Source: Bdellovibrio sp.
GTDB lineage: Bacteria > Bdellovibrionota > Bdellovibrionia > Bdellovibrionales > Bdellovibrionaceae
Assembly (NCBI GenBank): GCA_046318155.1
Contig: JBKCUU010000026.1
Span: 1-22,115 of the forward strand
Reading direction: 5' to 3'
DNA: 22,115 nucleotides
The translations under genes were made by a program, and so were the position numbers. This document shows positions 6,519 through 15,547 of the stretch, one piece after another (positions within the stretch are counted from its first letter, which is position 1; each line of letters starts with the position of its first letter). The notes under the pieces are model-generated. The model was given only the letters and a program-made list of their open reading frames with translations, did not search any database and was not told the DNA's origin.

Positions 6519-7008
6519 ACGGGTATTGGGAATTTTTATCCTTCTGATGAGTTTCGCAGGGTGCGCAACTTCCTCGTTTAAGGTTTTGAGTCAAGAAAAG
6601 TCTTCCCTAGAGGTTCTGGTTACTCCGGATCGAGTAATTCTCGAATGCGAGAGAGTTGAGACAGATGATCGAGGCGTAGTCGCTGGCTTTATGATGCATG
6701 TCTTAGATGAGAAAAAAACAAGTTTTACGCTTGTGCAAACAAATACGCTCGATAAGGAAAGTTGTGATCGTAGAGTCAAAAAAATCGAAAAAATTTTGAA
6801 AAATGGCACTCAAATTTATTTGGCTGGAATAGGCGATTTTCGAGAGCCCAGAAAAACAGGTCTGCGCAAACACACTTTTCCCCGATTTGGTTCCGTAGAA
6901 GACAATGGCCGCTCTCTTCAATTTATTGCGATAAGGAATGAGCACGATCAATGCTTTGGAGCGCTCTCCGCCAATTTTGATAGTACGCGAATTGTCCGCA
7001 GTAGTTGA
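6496..7008 (+). CDS. Lipoprotein paralog with replaced C-terminus
   Basis: Lipobox FAG-C; closely similar to 4796..5314 (VTPDRVILECERVETDDRGVVAGFMMH) up to CFGA, then unrelated. Confidence 0.8.
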   Translation: MDCLKITKRVLGIFILLMSFAGCATSSFKVLSQEKSSLEVLVTPDRVILECERVETDDRGVVAGFMMHVLDEKKTSFTLVQTNTLDKESCDRRVKKIEKILKNGTQIYLAGIGDFREPRKTGLRKHTFPRFGSVEDNGRSLQFIAIRNEHDQCFGALSANFDSTRIVRSS

Positions 7009-7091
7009 ACAATTTCGTATCGGATAATTATGCCATCCAAGTTCGGTTCGAAAGTCGCTTGTCTAGAAGTTCACGGCGATCTTCATGATGT

Positions 7092-7598
7092 CTAGTTCTT
7101 CTTGCTCATAATTTTTTCGGTGTAGGCGAGGAGCAGGGCGCTGAGCAAAAAGACGGCGTGGATAATGACTTGCCACATGACTTGATCGTAGGCTTTTTCT
7201 TTGATGTTAATGAACGACTTCAAAAGATGGATCCCTGAAATCCCGACTAACGCCGTTGCCAGTTTGACTTTCAAAGCGCCCGCATCGATTTTATCGAGCC
7301 AATCGGGCTTATCGGGATGTCCTTGAAGATCCATTCGACTGACAAACGTTGCATAACCGCCAATGATCACCATGACCAAAAGATTGGCCACCATGGTGAT
7401 GTCGACCAAAGTTAAAATTCCTAACATCATGGCTTCTTCGGTAATCTGCTGCAGATTCACCGTTAGATGCCAAAGCTCGAGTATGAACTTATATGAGTAT
7501 AAAATCCCCGCCAAGATCAGACCCAGATACAAAGGTGCCTGAAACCAACGGCTGGCAAAAATAACTTTTTCGATCGAACCTTCGATATGTTTTGTCAT
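7092..7598 (-). CDS. yqhA: YqhA/UPF0114-family membrane protein
   Basis: IFASRWFQAPLYLGL, VDITMVANLLVMVIIGGY.TFVS, LKVKLA...ISGIHLLKSF. Confidence 0.9.
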   Translation of the reverse strand: MTKHIEGSIEKVIFASRWFQAPLYLGLILAGILYSYKFILELWHLTVNLQQITEEAMMLGILTLVDITMVANLLVMVIIGGYATFVSRMDLQGHPDKPDWLDKIDAGALKVKLATALVGISGIHLLKSFINIKEKAYDQVMWQVIIHAVFLLSALLLAYTEKIMSKKN

Positions 7599-7656
7599 CG
7601 GCGCAATTTATCTAAGAACAGCGAAAAGTACATCAAAAAAAATAGATCGCGTCTGC

Positions 7657-8091
7657 CTAAAAATCCTTGAGATACTCGCCGTAGCCAGCGGCCTGCATCT
7701 CTTCTTTTGGAATAAATCGCAGCGCCGCTGAATTCATGCAATAGCGAAGTCCCTCGGGCCCAGGGCCGTCGTCAAAGACATGACCCAAATGAGAGTCGCC
7801 GCTTTTGCTGCGCACCTCAGTGCGCGGAGAAAAAAGCTTGTAGTCAGTTTTTTCGACTAAGTTCTCTTTTGCCAAGGGCTTGGTAAAGCTGGGCCAACCT
7901 GTTCCTGAATCAAATTTGTCTTTGGAGCTAAAAAGCACCTCACCCGAGACGACATCAACATAAATGCCTTCACGTTTGTTGTCCCAATACTCATTACTAA
8001 AGGGAGCCTCGGTGCCTTCTTCTTGAGTGACACAAAACTGAGTCTCTGAAAGCTTTGCTTTGAGTTCTTCTTTAGTTGGTTTTTTGTACAT
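7657..8091 (-). CDS. msrB: Peptide-methionine (R)-S-oxide reductase
   Basis: [42 protein letters not shown]. Confidence 0.97.
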   Translation of the reverse strand: MYKKPTKEELKAKLSETQFCVTQEEGTEAPFSNEYWDNKREGIYVDVVSGEVLFSSKDKFDSGTGWPSFTKPLAKENLVEKTDYKLFSPRTEVRSKSGDSHLGHVFDDGPGPEGLRYCMNSAALRFIPKEEMQAAGYGEYLKDF

Positions 8092-8100
8092 AAATCTCCT

Positions 8101-8286
8101 TTAGGCCGCTGTGGCCGAGAAGTTGATGAGTTTTGCGTTCGCAACAGCGTAGGTGATCTGAATCGGCTGGCAGCAAACTTCGCAATCTTCGATGTAGGTT
8201 TGTTGTTCTTCGAGGCTTATATCAAGCAGCATCGAAATTTTTTCGAAACAGTAAGGACATTTAAAGAATTTCTCTACTTCTTCCAT
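8101..8286 (-). CDS. CPXCG-motif cysteine-rich small protein
   Basis: CPYC...QTYIEDCEVCCQPI. Confidence 0.9.
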   Translation of the reverse strand: MEEVEKFFKCPYCFEKISMLLDISLEEQQTYIEDCEVCCQPIQITYAVANAKLINFSATAA

Positions 8287-8333
8287 GGCTGGATTTTTAA
8301 ACGCGAATGGCCGAGACGCAAAGAAAAATCAGT

Positions 8334-9341
8334 CTAATGCTGATAAACACGCTTGCAGCTAAACACACCCACATTCGACCGCACCTGGCTCCACACACCG
8401 CGCAGAATCGCCGCACTTTCAGGAGCAGTGCGAAGTTCGGGGTGAAACTGCACCAGCAAGCCTTTGCCGTTTTTAAATTCGAGGGCTTCGGTTATGCCTT
8501 CGGGACTGACGGCCGCAAGCTCTAAAGGGCCACCTGGCTCATAAATCACCGCCTGGTGATGCCAGCTGTAAACCGAGAAAGCGCGCAGGGAACCGACTTG
8601 TTTTTGCAGCAAACTGTTCGTTGTCGGGACTAGGCGAATCAGGTGGTCATTGTTGGCATGTTGGGTCGGGGATTTCAGCTGGATCGGAATATCTTGAACC
8701 AGTTTATAACCGAGCGCAACGCTCGTCATTTGATGCCCGCGGCACACCCCAAAAAGAAATCCCTTTTCGGCTTTTACATAAGCTCTGATCAATTCAATTT
8801 CAAGTTGATCACGGGTGGCATTAACGCTGCGAGCGTAGGTGACGGGCTCATTGTACATCCGCGGCGCAACATCATCGCCGCCCATAGCGACCAAGCCCGC
8901 AAACTCCGAAACAATTTTTTGATAAAACTGCTCGCGCTGCCTGGGGCGCAGCCGTTCAGCCGCTCCAACTGCGAGAACAAAGTTGTCGGTCTGAGGGAGT
9001 TGGGCCATAAATTTTTGAACGCGGGCGGCTTCAGGGCGATGATCATTTGTGCTGTTTCCAATGAACAAGGCTTTGTCCCGTCCTTTGGGAAGGACCGAAA
9101 TGATTCCCTCAGCTTCTGAAGGACCGGCAAGAGTCAACGGAACGATTTTGGTGATTTCAGACGAGCTAAAAAGCAGGGCGCGATAGGCTTCGATCGCTTG
9201 GCGGGGAGTCTCGCCCTCTTTTTGTGGAAGCACGTAGCGGGGTTGGCCGGGACCGGGCTGCCAAACCAAAAGGCCGACATCTGCCCAAACGTTGGACACC
9301 CAAATCAAAGAACAAAGCATTCCACGGACCCAGAGCCTCAT
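8334..9341 (-). CDS. Peptidase C26 / class I glutamine amidotransferase (PuuD-like) with signal peptide
   Basis: GGDDV.P.MY, RD..E, GVCRGHQ nucleophile, S.HHQAV, VQFHPE; leader ending VWA. Confidence 0.88.
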   Translation of the reverse strand: MRLWVRGMLCSLIWVSNVWADVGLLVWQPGPGQPRYVLPQKEGETPRQAIEAYRALLFSSSEITKIVPLTLAGPSEAEGIISVLPKGRDKALFIGNSTNDHRPEAARVQKFMAQLPQTDNFVLAVGAAERLRPRQREQFYQKIVSEFAGLVAMGGDDVAPRMYNEPVTYARSVNATRDQLEIELIRAYVKAEKGFLFGVCRGHQMTSVALGYKLVQDIPIQLKSPTQHANNDHLIRLVPTTNSLLQKQVGSLRAFSVYSWHHQAVIYEPGGPLELAAVSPEGITEALEFKNGKGLLVQFHPELRTAPESAAILRGVWSQVRSNVGVFSCKRVYQH

Positions 9342-9409
9342 ACCAGACTAGGACTACAAAAACGGGGCCTTTTGTTTGGCAAATCAAGGGCTTCGGCTAT
9401 GATAGGGGT

Positions 9410-9874
9410 ATGCGAAGCCTGGAGTCTTACCTGACCGAATACACCGAATCCCACCAGAATCGATTGAACGTCAAAATTCATCATGTCTGTGTCCCTGCGA
9501 TTGTGTGGAGTTTGCTCGCACTGACTTCGACCGTTGAGGTCGGTCCCGGCTTAAGTCTGGGACACGCCCTGACCTTTATGGCTTTGGTTTATTACGCGTT
9601 CTTTGAAAATGTGCGCGTGGTTCTTGCGATGACGGCTCTTATTCTTGTGATGTTCGCAACCTTTCCTTGGATCCCACAACTTGGGTATGTCAGCAGTGCG
9701 GTTTTTATCTTCGCGTGGCTGGGGCAATTTTATGGTCACAAGATCGAAGGCAAAAAGCCGTCGTTCTTAAAAGATTTTTTGTTTTTACTCATCGGTCCGA
9801 TTTGGTTGCTGGTTCAGTTCTTTCCGCAACTCATGCACAAGTCTGAGCCGCCGGACACAACTCACGTGTCCTGA
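9410..9874 (+). CDS. DUF962/Mpo1-like membrane protein
   Basis: Y.ESHQN..N..IH..CVP, W.GQFYGHKIEGKKPSF.KD..FLLIGP; start ATG 9410 behind a TTGGCA...TATGAT promoter. Confidence 0.9.
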   Translation: MRSLESYLTEYTESHQNRLNVKIHHVCVPAIVWSLLALTSTVEVGPGLSLGHALTFMALVYYAFFENVRVVLAMTALILVMFATFPWIPQLGYVSSAVFIFAWLGQFYGHKIEGKKPSFLKDFLFLLIGPIWLLVQFFPQLMHKSEPPDTTHVS

Positions 9875-9923
9875 TCCCACCCATGGTGCCGGTTGGCCGG
9901 TTTCTTGATAATGCGGCAAGGGT

Positions 9924-10484
9924 CTATTGGCAAGCCGTGTCGACAGGCGATGCGATGAAGGCATCTAAGAAGGGCTTTAGTGTTGTGTTAGAACTCGAGC
10001 CCATATCGAATCTTTGGCCGACAGGCACTTGCCCCGCGACAAACTGAGCGTTCGATTCAGCCAAGATAATAAATTGTACGTCGGCCGTTGGTGCTCGGCT
10101 CTGGATTTCTGCCTGTATGAGCTCTTGATTATCGACCATTGCTAGAAAGTGATTTTCGAGGGCCGTACGAGAAACGTTTGTGAGGGGCGATTGACCAAAA
10201 CAGAGTGGATCTGCATTTCGAGTCGTGACCGTGTTAAAATCTAAATAAACTTCGGCTTCGCGAACCAGTGTGCCGTTCGCGCCCCCGCGCCGGGTCAGAT
10301 AAAAGATCTTACCGTGAGAGAGGTCAACGCCATCGATGGGAGGCGAGATCGAAGTCAAAACGAACTTGCCGCTTTCCATTTCGATGGTTTCGAAGGAGGA
10401 TTTTCCGCAGTTCTGAAAAAGAAGAATCGCGATTGCCCACGTGAAGATCAATGGCAAATAGCGTCCCAATGAATTAGAATTCAT
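9924..10484 (-). CDS. Hypothetical lipoprotein (FQNC type)
   Basis: Hydrophobic leader ending LLFQNCGK. Confidence 0.75.
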   Translation of the reverse strand: MNSNSLGRYLPLIFTWAIAILLFQNCGKSSFETIEMESGKFVLTSISPPIDGVDLSHGKIFYLTRRGGANGTLVREAEVYLDFNTVTTRNADPLCFGQSPLTNVSRTALENHFLAMVDNQELIQAEIQSRAPTADVQFIILAESNAQFVAGQVPVGQRFDMGSSSNTTLKPFLDAFIASPVDTACQ

Positions 10485-10521
10485 TTTTCCCCCAGGTCTT
10501 TATTTTGGAATGAATTCAATC

Positions 10522-10553
10522 AAAAGAAAAGAGGGCACTGGGGCCCTCTTTCT
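10522..10553 (-). terminator. Rho-independent terminator of the M23 gene (possibly bidirectional)
   Basis: AAAGAGGGC/GCCCTCTTT stem flanked by A and T tracts. Confidence 0.75.
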
Positions 10554-10583
10554 TGGTCTGAGACAGGATCGTGTTGTTCTGGA

Positions 10584-11669
10584 CTAGGTTGATTTTGTGA
10601 GGTCAAAAAATCGAAAAAACGAAGCAACCTGGGCAAACAAATGGCTCATAAAGAGACGGGGATTTTTGACGACCGAAGCGCCGCGCGAAAGAGTGTGAGT
10701 TTCAAAATGCAGGTGGGCGCCGGTTCCAATACCCGTGCTTCCGGAGATCGCAACTGTTTGACCTTGAGTTACCGCGGTTCCATTTCGCAACGAGTGTTTT
10801 GAAAGATGCGCGTAGAGAGACTGCATGCCAACTTGGGGGTAAACAACGATCGTGTAGAGCCCATACCCCGTGAGTTTTTTAGTTCGTCGGTTCACTTCAG
10901 AGCGGTTCGCTAAAACTTTTCCATCAAAAACGGCAACCACGGGAGTTCCTGTTGCGGCACGCAAATCAATCCCCTTGTGCAAGCGTGTTTTGCGCAAAAC
11001 GGGGTGACGACGCATTCCGTACTCGCTCGTAACTTTGAGACAACCGTTACCACAGTTTTTAAGAGGGCTCATCATCCTCTTGTTTGATGCCGAAGCCTCA
11101 ACCAGAATGTTTTGGATGCGCCATTTAGCATCGGCGTCCAAAACATCCAAGGACGTTGCGATGGATTTAAGAAGGCGGTCATCTTGCTGAGTTTGTTGCA
11201 GAGTAACGGCTTCTTTGACGGGCTCTGAGTTTCCTTCCATTGTTTTTAATCTTTTGAGCATTGTTTGTGACAAACAATAGTCATCACGCTCAAGCATTTC
11301 GGATTCACGAAGTTCTTCATCTAAAATATCGACGACGCGGATCCCGCAAATCCAGCCACCTTTTGAGCGTTTGGAATTCGAACCATCTTCGTTTTCTGAA
11401 TACTCCTGATTCACGCGTTCGGGGGCAATTTTTTGATCCTCAATGGCCGTGCTCATCATGCGAACATCAAGCGACAGAATTGATTCCGCTGGCACCGTAA
11501 ATTTTGGCAGCAAAAGTGACTTGCCCGCGATATCCGATTTTAAGAACAGACGAACCTGCTCCTGAGTCTCGGCGTAGTAAGTCGAGCTGAAGGCGTCAAT
11601 CGGCTCGGCAAGCGAAAAACTTGAGAGAGTTGTTAGCACTCCAAAAAGGGCCAGGGTGTTTTTTTTCAT
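10584..11669 (-). CDS. Secreted M23-family metallopeptidase
   Basis: Signal peptide; HKGIDL, YAHL, SGSTG.GTGAHLHFE. Confidence 0.93.
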   Translation of the reverse strand: MKKNTLALFGVLTTLSSFSLAEPIDAFSSTYYAETQEQVRLFLKSDIAGKSLLLPKFTVPAESILSLDVRMMSTAIEDQKIAPERVNQEYSENEDGSNSKRSKGGWICGIRVVDILDEELRESEMLERDDYCLSQTMLKRLKTMEGNSEPVKEAVTLQQTQQDDRLLKSIATSLDVLDADAKWRIQNILVEASASNKRMMSPLKNCGNGCLKVTSEYGMRRHPVLRKTRLHKGIDLRAATGTPVVAVFDGKVLANRSEVNRRTKKLTGYGLYTIVVYPQVGMQSLYAHLSKHSLRNGTAVTQGQTVAISGSTGIGTGAHLHFETHTLSRGASVVKNPRLFMSHLFAQVASFFRFFDLTKST

Positions 11670-11842
11670 TGCTCATGCTCCAGTGGGGGATTCTGGATGA
11701 GGCAGAGCAAAAAACAAACAAGCCGGCGGCTGGTTAAAAACCGCCCTGCAGGGATTAGGCGCTCAGCAGCCTATAAGAAAGAAAAGGTGGTGACCGAAAT
11801 CGGCACTTGGCAAACCTTGGAACCGTGCTTATTTTGGAGGTC

Positions 11843-12319
11843 ATGCAAGAATCAAAGAAAATCTATATGCGAGAAGCCATTCGGTTGGCGCGCGAGAACA
11901 TGCTAAAAGGCCACGGTGGTCCGTTTGGCGCCGTCATCGTAAAAAGTGGACAAATTATAGGCAGGGGCTGGAACAAGGTGACCTCGGCCAATGATCCGAC
12001 GGCCCATGCTGAAGTTGAGGCTATTCGTCAGGCCTGCCAGAACCTTGGGACTTTTGAGCTTTCGGGTGCCGAAATCTATACCAGTTGTGAGCCTTGCCCC
12101 ATGTGTTTATCGGCGATTTACTGGGCGCGCTTGGACCGCATTTACTTTGCCAATACTCGAACAGATGCGGCTCAAATTCTGTTTGATGATGATTTGTTGT
12201 ATCAAGAAATTCAAAAAAAAATCGAAGACCGAAAGATCCCCATGGTGGCGCTATTGCGCGATGAAGCTCTTGGCGTCTTTGCTGAGTGGCAAAAAAAGTC
12301 CGATAAAATCAGCTATTAA
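11843..12319 (+). CDS. guaD: Guanine deaminase (cytidine-deaminase fold)
   Basis: GGPFGAVIV, DPTAHAE, SCEPCPMC, IYWAR, C-terminal Tyr; GGAGG RBS before ATG 11843. Confidence 0.88.
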   Translation: MQESKKIYMREAIRLARENMLKGHGGPFGAVIVKSGQIIGRGWNKVTSANDPTAHAEVEAIRQACQNLGTFELSGAEIYTSCEPCPMCLSAIYWARLDRIYFANTRTDAAQILFDDDLLYQEIQKKIEDRKIPMVALLRDEALGVFAEWQKKSDKISY

Positions 12320-12394
12320 ATTCTATTTGTGGAGGGATGGACAGACCATAGGCCCTGTGCCAGTCTTGGCCTTCAAGCTTGAGAGGACTTCAAC

Positions 12395-14497
12395 ATGAAA
12401 TGGTTCAAGCATCTTTACCTTCTCAATTGTCTGATCAACTGTCTGATTAATTGTCTTCTTTTTGTGCCTCTCGTGGCGGGAGCCCAGATGAAAAAACCAC
12501 ACAGGATCGAAAAGCACGGCGATGTCCGTGTTGATCATTACTTTTGGATGAAGGAACGCGACTCCAAGCCCGTTCTTGATTTTTTAAAAGCCGAGAATAA
12601 GCGCGCCCTTGATACGTTGAGACCCCACAAAGCGATCGAGCAAAAAATATTTGAAGAGATGAAGTCTCGAATGAACAAAGACGAAAGTTCGGTGCCCGTC
12701 AAAGACGGCGGCTACTATTATTATATTCGTTACGTCAAAAACAAAGAGTACCCGCTTCACTGTCGCCGCAAGGGTACGATGAACGCGGCCGAAGAAATCT
12801 TGTTAGACGAAAATAAAGACGCAAAGGGTGCTGATTATTACGATGCTTCGCGGATCGAGCCTTCGCCCGACCACTCGCGCTACCTCTACGCGGTCGACTC
12901 CGTCGGTCGCCGTTTTTTTGATCTCTATGTTTATGATTTGAAGTCGAAGAAAAAAAGAAAAGTTGTCTCCAACGCAACACCGTCTTTTACTTGGGCTGAA
13001 GACGGAAAGACGATCTTTTACGTCAAGCAAGATCCAGACACCCTGCGGGCCTACCAACTTTACCGCATCGATCTCGACGCCGAGAAGGAGCCCACGCTTG
13101 TCTATGAAGAAAAAGACACGACCTTTGATATTGGCGTCAGCAAGAGCCGCACAAAAAGATTTATCTTTATGGGTGCTTCCACTCGAGATTCGAGCGAATG
13201 GCATTTTATCGATGCCAAAACGCCGAAAGCCCCGTGGCAGATCTTTCAGCCTCGCGAAGCGAATCACGAATATGGGATCGAAGATTCGGGCAAAGAGTTC
13301 TTGATTCTGACCAATTGGAAGGCGTCAGAGTTTCGATTGATGTCGGCGGATCCGACGGCCCGAAAAAAAGAAGCCTGGACCGAAGTTATTCCAGAGCGAA
13401 AAGGTGTCCATTTGCAAAGTGTTGACGCTTACGAAACATTCTGGGTGCTTGCTGAGCGCGAAAAGGGTCTCACTCAAGTTCGCCTTTTTGATCCTAAAAC
13501 CAAAACTTCACGAGTCCTGGGTTTTGCAGATGAAGCCTTTATGGTTTCACCAATGGGACTTCCCGAATTTAAAGAGTCGCAAGTTCGCTTTCTTTATACC
13601 TCGCTCCTGCAGCCGTACACAGTTTTTGAAGAAAACGTGAAAACCAAAGATCGCAAAACTCTGAAGGTTGATCTGGTTCCCGGGTATGATCCTTCACTGT
13701 ACACCACTCGGCGTGTCTGGGCGACGGCCAAAGATGGAGTCAAAATTCCAATCTCGGTGATTTATAAAAAAACGACGGCGCTCAGTGGCACCGCTCCGGG
13801 CTTGCTCTATGGCTATGGATCCTACGGCCTTGCCAGTGAGCCCGGTTTTGACCAAACAATTTTTAGTCTTGTTGACCGAGGCTATATCTACGCGATCGCA
13901 CACATTCGCGGCGGCTCTGAAATGGGACGAGCTTGGTACGATCAGGGGCGGCTCGAAAACAAGATGAATACCTTTACCGACTTTATTGCGGCCGGTGAGC
14001 ATTTGATTGAGCAAAAATTCGTGGCCCCTGGTCACCTGGCGGCTCAGGGTGGAAGTGCCGGGGGCCTTCTGATGGGCGCTGTCGTGAACATAAAGCCCGA
14101 ACTCTTTAACAGCATTCTGGCCGAGGTCCCTTACGTCGATGTCCTCACAACAATGCTCGACGAGACGATACCGCTGACGACGAGCGAGTACCGTGAGTGG
14201 GGAAACCCCAATGATAAAAAGTTCTACGACGTAATTAAAAGCTACTCGCCCTATGATAATGTCACGGCGAAGGCGTACCCGCACATTTTTGTGACGACGG
14301 GGTATCATGACTCACAAGTTCAGTACTGGGAACCGGCTAAATGGGTTGCTAAATTACGCGAGCTTAAGACCGATCAAAGCTTGCTATTGTTCTATACGGA
14401 CCTCAAGGCGGGGCATTCGGGCGCGTCTGGGCGTTTTGAGTACCTCAAGCAATTAGCGCGGGAGTGGACCTTTATTCTTAAGGCAGACCGGCTTTAG
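12395..14497 (+). CDS. ptrB: Oligopeptidase B (S9A) with signal peptide
   Basis: HGDVR.D.YFW, YGYGSYG, AHIRGG.EMG, GGSAGG, DSQVQYWEPAKW, AGHSG.SGR. Confidence 0.95.
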   Translation: MKWFKHLYLLNCLINCLINCLLFVPLVAGAQMKKPHRIEKHGDVRVDHYFWMKERDSKPVLDFLKAENKRALDTLRPHKAIEQKIFEEMKSRMNKDESSVPVKDGGYYYYIRYVKNKEYPLHCRRKGTMNAAEEILLDENKDAKGADYYDASRIEPSPDHSRYLYAVDSVGRRFFDLYVYDLKSKKKRKVVSNATPSFTWAEDGKTIFYVKQDPDTLRAYQLYRIDLDAEKEPTLVYEEKDTTFDIGVSKSRTKRFIFMGASTRDSSEWHFIDAKTPKAPWQIFQPREANHEYGIEDSGKEFLILTNWKASEFRLMSADPTARKKEAWTEVIPERKGVHLQSVDAYETFWVLAEREKGLTQVRLFDPKTKTSRVLGFADEAFMVSPMGLPEFKESQVRFLYTSLLQPYTVFEENVKTKDRKTLKVDLVPGYDPSLYTTRRVWATAKDGVKIPISVIYKKTTALSGTAPGLLYGYGSYGLASEPGFDQTIFSLVDRGYIYAIAHIRGGSEMGRAWYDQGRLENKMNTFTDFIAAGEHLIEQKFVAPGHLAAQGGSAGGLLMGAVVNIKPELFNSILAEVPYVDVLTTMLDETIPLTTSEYREWGNPNDKKFYDVIKSYSPYDNVTAKAYPHIFVTTGYHDSQVQYWEPAKWVAKLRELKTDQSLLLFYTDLKAGHSGASGRFEYLKQLAREWTFILKADRL

Positions 14498-14499
14498 TT

Positions 14500-15150
14500 G
14501 TGGAACAGTTTGTTGTCGTCAAAGAAAATTGGCTCACCCGAGATCCTACCCCCGGGGCGATGACGTTGACTGTCTTCATGGTCATGCTGCTCGTTCTAAG
14601 TAATGTCCTCTTCTTGAGTGGTGCTTTTCACTTGGACAACGGGATGGCGGCTTCGAAGGATTCAATTTTTAATCAGCACCAGTACTGGCGTGCATGGACG
14701 GCACTGATTGCACATCGTGATTGGGGCCACCTGCTGAGCAACCTCTTTTTGTTTGCGCCGTTTTGCTATTATCTCTATGGGTACTTTGGCCCTTGGTATT
14801 TTCCGGTCACGGGTTTTGTGATTGGCGGATTGACCAATATCACCGTTGTGAATTCGATGCCTGCGCAAGTCAGCTTGGTGGGTGTTTCGGGCGTTGTTTA
14901 TTGGATGGGGGCCGCGTGGCTCACGCTTTATCTATTGATCGAGCGCCGCGAGTCCATTCGTCGTCGTTTGTTTAAAGTGTTTATCATCTCGGCTGTTTTG
15001 TTTTTGCCCGAGACCTATAGGCCCGAGATCAGCTATTATAGCCATTTTCTAGGTTTTGCGGCAGGCGTCGTGAGTTCATTGGTCCACTTTGCGATCAACC
15101 GAAAAAAGATTTTGGCGGCGGTGGTCACCGAAACCATTTTCGAAGTCTAG
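14500..15150 (+). CDS. Rhomboid-family intramembrane serine protease
   Basis: WR..TA...H..W.HL.SN, VGVSG, SHFLG; several transmembrane segments. Confidence 0.9.
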   Translation: MEQFVVVKENWLTRDPTPGAMTLTVFMVMLLVLSNVLFLSGAFHLDNGMAASKDSIFNQHQYWRAWTALIAHRDWGHLLSNLFLFAPFCYYLYGYFGPWYFPVTGFVIGGLTNITVVNSMPAQVSLVGVSGVVYWMGAAWLTLYLLIERRESIRRRLFKVFIISAVLFLPETYRPEISYYSHFLGFAAGVVSSLVHFAINRKKILAAVVTETIFEV

Positions 15151-15153
15151 AAA

Positions 15154-15297
15154 TTAGCGCGAAGTGAATGAATCACGGGGCTCATTGAGCCCCAGGTAGT
15201 TGAGGCTCAAGTTTCCAAAGCCCAATTGGTACTCTACCAAGTCTGAATTTGAAATCAAAAGAAGAGCCAAGATCATCAGGCAAGTGGACAAGCGCAT
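15154..15297 (-). CDS. Possible small protein with hydrophobic N-terminus (47 aa)
   Basis: AAGGTG RBS before ATG 15297; MRLSTCLMILALLLI...; converges tightly on the rhomboid stop. Confidence 0.35.
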   Translation of the reverse strand: MRLSTCLMILALLLISNSDLVEYQLGFGNLSLNYLGLNEPRDSFTSR

Positions 15298-15547
15298 GGG
15301 GACCACCTTTAACAAATGCAAGCCAGCCTTTCTTCGTGGATACTCATGGATATTCACGGATATTCGCTCACCTGTTCCCAAAAAAGGCAAAAGGGTCTAG
15401 GGAAATCTTTTTTCCCCTGTTTCTAAGTACTTACTCAAACTCGTCGCGTGAATAAACTTCAGAAGTGTCGACAGAAAAGACAGGCCGTCGCGCCAGGTCC
15501 CCGGCTTGTTCGAGATCAGTCGGCCTTGTTTTCGCAAGCACGAGAGC

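Noticed and set aside
7011..7038. dif-like sequence AATTTCGTATCGGATAATTATGCCATCC
   Set aside because: Partial resemblance only; the XerD arm departs from TTATGTTAAAT and the spacing is off.
9224..9409. N-terminal extension of the DUF962 ORF
   Set aside because: Overlaps the opposite-strand C26 gene; family similarity and a promoter point to ATG 9410.
11843..12319. tRNA adenosine deaminase TadA (tRNA-Arg(ACG) is nearby)
   Set aside because: GGPFGA, IYWAR and the C-terminal Tyr fit guanine deaminase; TadA-type EVPVGA and TLEPC motifs are absent.
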